Positions 8,511 to 18,379 of a stretch of 22,691 nt of DNA are shown piece after piece. Numbering within the stretch: position 1 is the stretch's first letter; the number at the start of each line of letters is the position of its first letter. Under the pieces are notes generated by a model, which worked only from the letters and a program-made list of their open reading frames with translations, was not told where the DNA came from and did no database searches. The DNA is taken from NCBI GenBank assembly GCA_000934665.2, contig JYFJ02001344.1:62001-84691 (forward strand), read 5' to 3'. The DNA is from Catajapyx aquilonaris (lineage: Eukaryota). A program made the position numbers and the translations under genes.

Positions 8511-10620
8511 ATGGAAGCCGCCGAACAAAGGATGGCGGAAGGGGCCTCCTCCGATGGAGGAAGGGGCGACCAGCCGGGGCAACGGACACCGCCACTAGTA
8601 CAGGCCGAGGAGAAAGAAGAGGTCAGCTCCACCAGGCCAAAGGTCGGCAGGCCCAGGTCGAAGAGGCTGAAGGAGGCGCTGGACGTGATGGCAAACCATG
8701 TGGCAGATGGACTCAGGTTAACAACCAGGGGAGGGAGAAACAACCAAGGAGTGGCGGGGGGAAACTAGATTAATTACTTATTAAATTAACGCAATTAATT
8801 AGTAAGAAGCCAACGGCAGACGGAAAAAATTAGGAAAGCCGCAAAAGGTTCCAGTGTGTTCCGAAAAGTGGAACATGACCAGCACTGTAAGCGCCGTTGT
8901 TTGTTTGTCCATGTGGTAACCCAGTAGCCATGGACGAACAAACAAACGAGAGTTGCCATGGAGACATGTGGCCATGGTCAAACAAATACCCAAACGACTG
9001 TTGCCATGGACAAACAAACAATAGTTGCCATGGAGACACCCCCCGATGGTGTCTCCACCTTATCGTGGTGGTTGGGGTTTGCGTTTCTCCCGTGACCCCA
9101 AGAGCTATGCCGGCGGTAGCTTCGTCTGCTGGTAGGGCCGCCGAAGTCGGACAGGTCTTTGGGATAGGAGACACACTCAGAGCAATGCCAGTCTTTCCTC
9201 TCTTTTTTTTCCTCTTCGTATCTCTCTCCATCTGTCCCACCTTTGCTTCTTCTTATAGCCAGATAGCCATAGTTGCTTTGGCTTCTTCTGAATAAACCAA
9301 ACCAAACCATAGAGACATGTAGACATGGACAAACAATCAAACAAGAGTTGCTATCCATGTACAAACAAACAAACGACCGTTGCCATCCACGGACGAACAA
9401 ACAAACGACCGTTACCATCCACGGACGAACAAGCAAACTACCGTTGCCATCCAGGGACAAACAAACAAGCGACCGTTGCCATCCATGAACGAACAAACAA
9501 ACGACTGTTCCCATGGGATCAAAGTGGGAGTTTAAAAAGTGGATCCTACTCTAGTCCAGTTGGCTAAATCTCCATAATTATTACATATGGTTATTAGTAA
9601 TAGGCCAACAGGCAGATATTTAAAAATATATATTTTGAGTTGAAAGTATGAAAATGCATGTTTCACGCAATACAGAGTAACGACTACATAGTTTTGTATA
9701 TTCCTGGTGTTATAAGTAACCAGCAGCCAAATCTGTTCTTCGCACTGTCTCGTATGAACACTGAGTCGCGTTTTGTCATGCAATGCAATTAGGTACAGTT
9801 TTAAAATGCAAGAGCTTAGTAAACTGTGTGGTATTAATGTTGCGAATCTTCCTGGACATGTTTGGTGATATTTTTCAGATTCTGCTGTCCGAGCATGGTG
9901 TGGACGACTCTTGAGCGTTGGTGGTCAGGTCGGGTCGAGTCGCAACTTTGTGGTATTCAGACTCAAATTGCACTTGTCCCGGCCTGATCAACAATCTGCC
10001 TAACAAGCAAGCGAACAGGGTCAAACAAACAAACTTAGCCTTTTATGATAGTAGCGATTCGATGGATAATGTCAAGCCGTCGTAATTTGACTAATTTTTC
10101 GTTTGTAGCTACAGCAAGTTCTGCAGCTCGTTTCCGGAAGTGGCCCGGAAGAACCCGAAGGCGACTAGAGCCATGTACGACCAGATGCGGGCCACTCTAA
10201 GGGAGGAGCTGCTTAACGAGGTGCAGTGTGTGGTGCAAGACAAGGACCTTGTTGAGAAGCTGGACCGTCTTGACCAGCTGGTCAAGACGGCGGGGCCTAG
10301 TGGAAATCCACCTGGATGGTACGACATCGCTGCATTGTATCACATGGGGTGCTAATCGGTACTTTTCCAGGCGTCCAAGTAAGGATCCGGGTGCGGACCA
10401 GTTGGCTCATGACATGCGAGCGAAGCTTGAGACGAAGCGGAGGCTGCAGAAGTTGTTGGCTCATGAGGACGCACGTTTGGCGGCACTTAAGCAGGAGGTG
10501 GCAGACGGACGGAAGCGACTAGCCGAAGTTGTGAAGGCCAGGAAGGATCTCATGGCAATCTCGCTGGAGCAGGCTGCAGCTCAGGAAAGAGCGGAGGAAG
10601 ACCTACTCAACATGTGTTAA
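8511..10620 (+). CDS. PMF1: Polyamine-modulated factor 1 / Nnf1 (MIS12 kinetochore complex subunit); join(8511..8716,10109..10318,10371..10620), 221 aa
   Basis: Two phase-2 GT-AG introns (1392 and 52 nt) give an open frame: ..RSKRLKEALDVM..GL-SYSKFCSSFP..MYDQMRATLREELLNEV..LVEKLDRLDQLV..PGW-RPSKDP.., then a C-terminal coiled coil (EVADGRKRL). The order of SYxxF, YD and WRPSxxP motifs matches PMF1/Nnf1. Confidence 0.82.
8895..9035. repeat. Degenerate GGACAAACAAAC/GTTGCCATGG repeat units, including a short inverted pair, in PMF1 intron 1
   Basis: gtttgtttgtccatg..catggacgaacaaac inverted pair near 8899-8943, then three gttgccatgga-type units. Confidence 0.7.
9325..9515 (+). repeat. 32-bp tandem repeat (~6 copies) of the same family
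   Basis: The unit acggacgaacaaacaaacgaccgttgccatcc recurs at 9389, 9421, 9453 and 9485, with degenerate flanking copies. Confidence 0.85.
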
Positions 10621-11042
10621 CATACAAGCCCTGTTTTGCCTTATGTATATTTGTGTTAATAGTTTTGTTGGGTACGGATTGCCCTGGTGCATATCACAAT
10701 TGAAAATATTTTGTACGACGCATAAATATATCGCATTGGAAATATCTCACCGATGTATCTGCCAAACCTAGCCGTTTTGCAGGCTACGTGCGATGCAGTG
10801 TCGTTATGACAAGAGAAGTGAGTACAACATATCAACAACAATTGGCTGTCAATGGTAAAAATATTTTGTAGCAATAGCATATAGCTGATAAGGTTTCCCA
10901 GCTGTTTCTTAACAGTTCTTCTTTCCAGCTGCTGCGCTCCTTTTGGCTCCCTGTTGGCAACGCTGGTTCGCTTTCGTGGCCTTGGTAGGTGTCGTCTTCT
11001 CCCAGCAGCTGTCCTCCTCAGAAGAAGGTCCACCAGGAAGGA

Positions 11043-12270
11043 ATGATGCAGGAGGACTCCAACGGCGAATCGACCTTCGAGTTTGTTGAAGGAGGGAAGG
11101 GAGCCAGGCCCAAGACCAACAAGGGTATGACGCAGTTGCCATGGACAAAACCGTTGCCATGTCACGGACAAACAAACTTGTCTCGTGAAGATTTCTGAAA
11201 TAATTGATTTAATTAGGTGCGTCGGCTGCGTCTGGCCCGATGCCGACTCCTGCCTTGCCGCTGTCAGTTGTGTCGTTGTCGTCAACGCCGCCGTCGCAGA
11301 TGCAACCAGCTCCGCCAGCACCGCCACCGAGCACCGTTGATTTCGGGACGGCTCATCCAAGCGGCGGGTCCGCCCGACTGATGGACTGGTTCGGAGGTGG
11401 TTTGCTCTCGAAGGTTGCGGAGAAGGCGCAGAACTCGGTGCAGTCCGTGATCACCACACTTGATCCGCAGATGCGCGAGTTTATATGTAAGTACGACATC
11501 TGCATTTGTGGCAGGGTGATTTCAGTGGAGCAATTTCAGATTCCGGTGGCGACATTGACATCGTCGTGGCGTCGGACAAGGAGGCTAAAGTCAGCCCGAT
11601 TCGTGAAGGATTCCAGTCCACTTTTGGGAAAGCGACTGTGAGGTGAGGTTCGGTATGATACTACCCGATTTCATACTAACATGCAATAATTTTGAAGGGG
11701 TATGGCAGCACAGGCTCCGACGATGGCGGCCCAGCCAGTCGGATTCGTAGCCGGCGTTAAGGGTGCGGAGGAGCGGATTCATTGTCTTAGGTCAGGTAGC
11801 GACCTTGAGGAAGGCCAGGTCGTGGTCGCTTCTGAGGGGTTTCTTGTAGAGGCCACCCAGGACAGGTGGTTCGAAGCGTCCGCCCTCGTCCTGAGCGACC
11901 CTGCAAAGGGCGTGACCCTCCAGACTTACACTCAACTGACGCCAGTCCCGCTTGAGTGGGTAACGCAAGCACAGGAAGATACGCCTTCGGATTACCCCAT
12001 GAGGTGGGCTGGACTCGGAGTCACCGTAGGAGAGATCGCTGCCAAGAGGTTGCAGGTTGGTTTCATAATATTTAAATTTTAATTAATTTTAAAATTTAAC
12101 TTCGCAGGATATACTGACATACTTTCCCTTTTATATATAACTTGTAATGTTTATTGCAGGTTCCCCATTGGCAGTGGCATGAGGCATTGACTGGTGTGAC
12201 CCGAAGAGACATGATTTTGATAGCTGCCAGGACTTTGGCGGGGCTGTACAAAAGTGCACTTAAGGTGTGA
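11043..12270 (+). CDS. PRRC1: Proline-rich coiled-coil protein 1 (PRRC1, C-terminal NTPase/YjjX-like domain); join(11043..11124,11217..11486,11540..11642,11698..12055,12160..12270), 307 aa
   Basis: Five exons with phase-consistent GT-AG introns (92, 53, 55, 104 nt), and a TACTAAC branch point at 11674-11680. Pro-rich N-terminus, KVAEKAQNSVQSVITTLDPQM, SGGDIDIVVASDKEAKV, AAQPVGFVAGVKGAEERI, TP.DYPMRWAGLGVTVGE and WHEALTGVTRRDMI..AARTLAGLYK match PRRC1. Confidence 0.93.
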
Positions 12271-13033
12271 ACATAACGAGCAACAAACGGCCGCATAATA
12301 ACTGTAATTATAATAAAAGTTTGTGTATACGTCTCGTCTCCCACGGATTTTCCAAGTGTAGGACACTTGTTTGTTTTTGTACATATTGTCTGAACTCGTT
12401 GGGAGTTGTCGAATCGTATGTTACAAAGTACTTGGTGTTGATCCTAACATGTTGATTTGAAACAAAAGAAACGGAAGTGCTTCTAACAAAAATGGGCTTA
12501 TGGTTATGTATTGACTGGTAATAAAAGAAATGTTTGCAATATTTGCAATTACAAGTAGCATTATCTAACTTTCATGACCTTATCGCAATGTGTGTTATTT
12601 GGTCAAGTGTGCGAAAGTTTTGTGGGTTTTTTAGGTGCATAGTGTGTGTCGATACAGATGCTATTATTAAATTAAGATATTATTTTCAATCTAATTTTTA
12701 AGTTTGGTTTAAGAGCATGTTGAGTGTTTAGATTTATTGTGCACTGACATGTAATTTGTTAAACTTGGTTATGAGGAATTTAATTACATATATTAATTTA
12801 ATTATATTTAAAACCAAGTATATAATAAATTTAATACAATTTACATGCAAACAATAACTTAATCATTTAATATTAGCTAAATATATAGTAATAATTAGAG
12901 ATTTTTATTATAATTTCATAATTATAAATTATTAAATAACAATTTGACCATATGTATTTGTAAATGTATCGAAATACATAAATATATTTAACTTGCATTT
13001 AATGTAATTGCATATTTAATGTTTACAAATATA

Positions 13034-13215
13034 TTTAAACATTTAAAAGACTACAATTTCACATTTATTATGTTTATAAATGTATTTAAATACATTTAAA
13101 AGACTACAATTTCACATTAATATGTTTATAAATGTATTTAAATACATTTAAAAGACTACAATTTCACATTTAATGTTTAAATGTATTTAAATACATTGAA
13201 ATGACTACCATTTAC
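13034..13215 (+). repeat. ~52-bp AT-rich tandem repeat (~3.5 copies)
   Basis: Repeated tttaaatacatttaaaagactacaatttcacatt..atgtttataaatgta. Unit junctions form the 20-bp palindrome aaatgtatttaaatacattt. Confidence 0.85.
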
Positions 13216-13332
13216 ATGCAATCAACAGTAATCTAATAATAATCATTTATGATTAGCTAAATAAATTTTATCGTAAATTATTAATTTCAATTTTAAAGCA
13301 TTTAAAAATAACAGCTTTATTGTTACACCAGT

Positions 13333-13334
<2 letters not shown>

Positions 13335-13383
<49 letters not shown>
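13335..13383 (+). repeat. (TAA)n microsatellite, ~16 copies
   Basis: Uninterrupted taa run. Confidence 0.95.
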
Positions 13384-13476
13384 TGTTGTTCGTTTTATAT
13401 GTAGCTGTAAATGTTGTACTTTGAATGAACTGTATTTTTTTTTTTGCGTACACTGTAATGGGCGTTGTTCATGTTT

Positions 13477-13491
13477 GTCACTAGATGGCAG
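13477..13491 (+). promoter_or_regulatory. Candidate CTCF-binding site
   Basis: GTCACTAGATGGCAG closely matches the CTCF core CCACTAGRTGGCRS. Motif match only. Confidence 0.4.
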
Positions 13492-14147
13492 ATGACCAGC
13501 CATTTTCGCAACACCCGATTAGGTTTGGCGCAAAGAAAAGTCATCCTTCAAATTAATGAATCGCTGTGCAAATTTCCAGGAAGAAAAACAATGCAATATC
13601 CACCCTTCAGTTAAAAAAAAATATATACAAAAAAAAACTTGAGCTTAGACACCTTCATGGGATGCAAGAACCGCAACGAGATTTGTCAGTAAACGGACCA
13701 GCGATCAAGCATAACTACACGTCGCGATTTTTTTTTTTTGCCAATTCACTCCCATATGATTCCGACCAATTCGCAAAAAAAAGAGAAGACTCGATAGAGC
13801 AGATCCAGAGTGGGCAAAAGGATGACCTGCCGTCTGAAATTCTCACGAAAAGACTTCTTTTCACTAGTCCTTCTCCTCCAGCTCTTGAAGAATTTTTCGC
13901 AAACTTTTTTGCAGTGCGAAAAAAAAGGAAAGCAAGACTCGGCGTGCATGAAGCCCAGTGCTCAGCAGCTGATGCAATCAGAGGTTTCTCAGTTGAGTCC
14001 AAGAGTGACGGACCAACAGTCGAAGACATGGAGCCAGTGCTAGTGGAAGTGCTTCTAGTGCTAGTAGTGGGCACTAAGTGAAGTTGTTGTTGTTTTTTTT
14101 TGCGAAAAGGATAAAAGAAGGACTAATTTCTGGTGTAGTATCGGGCG

Positions 14148-14204
14148 ATGCTGCTGGAGACCATCAAGGAGGAGGACAAAGGAAAGGGAATCTTCAACCT
14201 ACAG
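14148..14204 (+). CDS. Putative first coding exon of an unidentified gene (MLLETIKEEDKGKGIFNLQ)
   Basis: ATG in gcgATG context, 19 GC3-rich codons like those of neighbouring genes, ending at a good phase-0 donor CAG|GTATGC and followed by intron-like satellite. Confidence 0.5.
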
Positions 14205-14254
14205 GTATGCCTGTCAAATTGATCTGTTTACCTCATTGATAGATAATAATTAGG

Positions 14255-15180
14255 AGTAGCTGCTATTTGCTAGTAGTAGCTACTTTAAACAATTTAGTAG
14301 TAGCTACTTAAACAATTTGTTAGTAGTAGCTACTTAGAACAATTTGTTAGTAGCAGATACTATCTTAGAGACATCTTAGTAGTAGATGCTTAGTATAGCT
14401 GTCTTCTAGTAGTAAGATGCTATTGCACTGTTAGTATTGTAGCAGTATCTTACTACTAGAATCTACTACCAGATCTACAAGTAATTAGTAGTAGATGTTT
14501 AGTAGAGAAATTTGTTAGTAGTAGATGTTTAGTAGAGAAATTTGTTAGTAGTAGATATGTAGCAGAGCTCTTTTAGCAGATGCTTAGTAGAGAAATTTGT
14601 TAGTAGTAGATGTGTAGCAGAGCTCTTTTAGTAGATGCTTAGTAGAGCCATCTTAGTAGTAGTAGTTTTATAAAGATATAGTTGATGTTTAGTATAGAAA
14701 TAATTTGTTAGCAGAAGATGCTTAGTAGAGCTACCAGTACTGCTGTATTTGTTAGTAACAGCTGCTTAGTAGCTGTCTGTTAGTAGGCCTACTATCTACT
14801 TAGACCTATTTGCTATCAGTAGTTCTATTTGTAGTCTATTTGTTAGTAACAGCTGCTTAGTGTAGTTGTCTGTTAGTAGTACCTACTTAGAGCTATTTGC
14901 TAGCAGTAGATAGTAGGACTATATGTCAGTAGAAGCTGATTAGCAGTACTGTTTGGTAGTAGTAAGTTATTTGCTTAGTAGAGCTTGTTAGTAGTCGTTG
15001 CCTAGTAGGGCAATTTATTAGTAGTACTTAGTAGATGCTTAGTCTATCAATTTATTAGTAGTACTTAGTAGATGCTTAGTCTATCAATTTATTAGTAGTA
15101 CTTAGTACGGTAGATGCTTAGTCTTATCAATTTATTAGTAGTTCATGCTTAGTAGAGCTCTATGCTAGTAGTAGCTACTG
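14255..15180 (+). repeat. Degenerate TAGTAG-rich satellite (~30-bp and ~37-bp units)
   Basis: Units such as atgtttagtagagaaatttgttagtagtag (14495, 14525) and tttattagtagtacttagtagatgcttagtctatcaa (15014, 15051, 15088). Confidence 0.85.
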
Positions 15181-15983
15181 CTAACCTGCCAGAATAATGA
15201 AAAATGAAAATTATAGTAACATAATAATTATAGTAACATAATCATAGTAATTATGCGCATTCATCATTTAGGAAGGCTAAGCCGCTACTATATGTTACTG
15301 TACCAGTCGTTTTCTAATTACTAAATAATTATATACTGTATTTCTAAAAATAACAAGCTCCGTTTAGAGCCGTGCAGTTAAAACAATTTAATTCCTGCTT
15401 TCCAGCCTACATATCCGCCACTTACGCTAACAAAGTGAAACCCCATTTTTGCAGCCGGAAAAAAAACACACCAGCAGTAATTAATGTTACTGGAGCTTCT
15501 CCAATTATTGCAAGAAAAGAAATCAAAAAAAGAATCATTTCTGGAACGCGTTTATTATTTGGTCACGCTTTCGATGGACACACGTATGGATTGATTAGAA
15601 GGATATTAAACCAGGAAAAGAGCCCAAAATTTCGCAAATTAAAATTCAATCTGCCATTTTTTCCTGTAGCAATGACGTTAACTGAAAGTACCGTACAGTT
15701 TCCTTTTTTTGCAGTCTCCAAAATAAAGAGTCAAAAAATACGACCAAGGGCAAAGCACTTTCTTTGTCATTTTCGTGTGCCATTGTTCTGGCTTAGCCTT
15801 CTGACTTTCTGTGTTTATCTGGTTGTGAAGAAGTGAAACATGTTAACTGTTATGTGCAGGAAAGGTTATCACACGCTGCAACGATAAAAAAAACTAGCTG
15901 ACAATTATCTGTAAGGTAAAAAAAAAGTGAAATGGTTGACTTGATCAAAAAATTTTGATTATTATTTTAATATTTGAAAGCAG

Positions 15984-16162
15984 GATGAAGCAGGAGCTGC
16001 AGCAGCCATGTGGAGCGAGAAGTATTCATACCTTCTGTCGCTTTTGGAGAGACCTAGGCGACTTCTGGATGCTGAAGAACGACAGAAGAAGTTGGAACAG
16101 CTTCAAAAGGCATACAGTCTCGAGAGGCTTTTGGTGGAAAAGGCAGTGCAGCAAGACTCAGG
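15984..16162 (+). CDS. Putative second coding exon of the same unidentified gene (DEAGAAAAMWSEKYSYLLSLLERPRRLLDAEERQKKLEQLQKAYSLERLLVEKAVQQDS-G), coiled-coil-like
   Basis: Acceptor ..ttgaaagCAG| at 15983 and donor GG|GTAGGT at 16163. The exon is stop-free in phase 0, so it joins 14148..14204 in frame. Helical L/E/K/R-rich composition. This frame is absent from the supplied ORF track. Confidence 0.55.
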
Positions 16163-16695
16163 GTAGGTCAATCCCCTGGATACAAAATGGCTTGTGCTAG
16201 GCCTAGGTGAAGCCACTGAAGACAACATGGATTCTAGGCCTCGTGCAAGGCCTAGGTGAATCCTCTGGATACAAAATGGCTGCTAGGTCTCGTGATAGAC
16301 CTACTGTAGTACTAGCACTGCTAGTAGCCATTTTCTCTTCAGAGGCTTCACCTTGGCCTAGCACGAGGCCTAGTGGCCATTTTGTCACAGGCTAGGACTA
16401 GATGAATCCTCTGAAGACAAAATGGCTGCCAAGCCCCGTTCTAGGCCTGGGTTCTTGTGTCCTTGTGAGTCTCCATTTTGTCACATGCTATGGGGAGCTA
16501 GGCTTAGGTCAATCCCCTGGATGCAAAATGGCTACTAGGCCTTGTGCTAGGCCTAGGTGAAGCCACTGAAGACAAAATGGATTCTAGGCCTAGCTTCTTG
16601 CCCTAATGAGTCGCCATTTTGTCACAGCCCTAGGTGAATCCTTTGGATACAAATTGACTGCTCAGCCTCTTGTAGGCCTAGGTTCTTGCCCTAAT
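16163..16695. repeat. Degenerate ~50-bp repeat with CTAGGCCTAG palindromes and CAAAATGGC motifs in both orientations
   Basis: ctaggcctaggtgaagccactgaagacaa at 16197 and 16547. Inverted units lie around 16320-16395. Confidence 0.8.
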
Positions 16696-17234
16696 AAGCT
16701 CTCAAAGGTGCAATGTCTGCCACGAACTGCTAAGTTTCTCGCGATAACCATCGGGTCATTTTCACCATTTGGAGGACCGGATGCTCGTCATGGAAGGGGC
16801 AGTCACAGGGTGACGATTCCTATTCAAATTTTAATTATGGTACCTGCTGCACAGTGCGTGGTGACTGGGCGTCCATTTTTGGGTCCTCTCTGTGTGTACA
16901 GTGTTTATCAGGAAGGATGATAATATGCAGATGAAGTTTTTAAAGGCAACAGGTTATGTTGACAGTGGCATTATTAGGAAATAAATTAAATCCACGTGGG
17001 TACGAGTCGACTGTTATTATCAGACCGTTACAAAATGACGTTTTCGGAGACGCGCTATCTTTACGTTTTATCAACAGTGCCAACCAGTTCCTCGTAACTG
17101 GAAAAAAAACAACTGAACATATTATTGTACGCAATACATGTGAAATTTATGTGCTACCAGTTTTAACTATTATTTAAAACATAAGTTTGCAGAGCAGTTA
17201 GCCAGTCCCGTTTATGCATCTGAAATTTACATGT

Positions 17235-17358
17235 AAATAATATTTATTTTATATGAAATAATATTTATTTTATACGAAATAATATTTATTTTATAAGAAA
17301 TAATATTTATTTTATACGAAATAATATTTATTTTATAAGAAATAATATTTATTTTATA
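17235..17358 (+). repeat. 21-bp AT-rich minisatellite, 6 copies
   Basis: aaataatatttattttata(t/c/a)g repeated six times. Confidence 0.92.
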
Positions 17359-18379
17359 TTACTAATATTTGTATTACATTAAAATCCACTTCCACGTACA
17401 CCAGTGCATTGTAAGGGAATAATATTGCGCTAATATATGCTAATATTTTATTTTATTTATTACTTATTATATTACCGGTACTTTATTTTAATATTTTGGC
17501 AACAATACTTATTTACATTAAATATAATATATATATAATTCACGACGGACGTCAGTGCACTCTAGGGGAATAATATTGAGCCAATATGTGCTTAGCAATT
17601 CCGCCTCGATTATTTGCAAAAAAGTTTGCAAAAAATTCCCACTGGCAAAAATTTGCCAATTTTCGCACCCATGACGTAAGTCAGGTGTTAGCCACCCTTC
17701 CCAAACCAAAATTCGCCAAATCTGGTCTGTTTTGCCACAAAAAATTCGCACACTTTTAGCAAAAAAAACTATAGCTACAAGCCCGATTTGGCGTGCAAAC
17801 CGGGGAAGCTCGTTACGGATTTAATTTCTGCATATTTAACAAGCATCCCAGCGCCAGATAGCGATTCAGCTTTATAGGTCACATCCTCCCCCCATTGATT
17901 TGCCTGGCCTCCCCAACAATGCGAAAAAAAAATTTGCACACAGAAAAAAAAACAATAGAGTTTTTGTCACTGGCGATTCTGGTGTGAAAAACGCGTTGTT
18001 TTTCGATCCACACCAGCTCTCACGCCTTGTTATTCATTATGTTTCATTTAAAGCCTAATTGTGGTATCAAAGACAAAAAAGGATTGGAGAGTATGGGGCC
18101 CACCCACTTGTTTGTTTGTTTGTTTTGGGGGGGGGGGGAGGGGGTGGCAAAAACAAACAACGGGAGCAATTACGGTGCAGGTGACATACAGGGCACAAGC
18201 GGATTAATCACAGGTGGGGGACTCTCTTTTGGTATGGGGTATCCGCACCTACACATATGCAAAGTTGGAGCAATTAAAACCCTAAACAGGAACTTGGTTG
18301 AAGTACGCTATTCATGTGAGGTCTGTTTGTTACATCAACTCAGCTCAGGTAGTACCATGCCCATCACATCGATATCGCA

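Noticed and set aside
9879..9928. Extra PMF1 exon (tttttcag|...cag|gtcggg)
   Set aside because: Its 50 nt would frameshift PMF1, and direct joining of 8716 to 10109 already gives the conserved SYxxF motif.
10656..11360. 234-aa minus-strand ORF
   Set aside because: Antisense to PRRC1 exons and its repeat-containing intron, with no recognisable protein features.
15372..15836. 154-aa plus-strand ORF
   Set aside because: GTG start, K/F-rich composition driven by A/T runs, and no domain or clear splice boundaries.
15860..15910. 51-bp cassette coding exon between 14204 and 15984
   Set aside because: It contains an in-frame TGA in phase 0, so it could only be a UTR or poison exon, with no further support.
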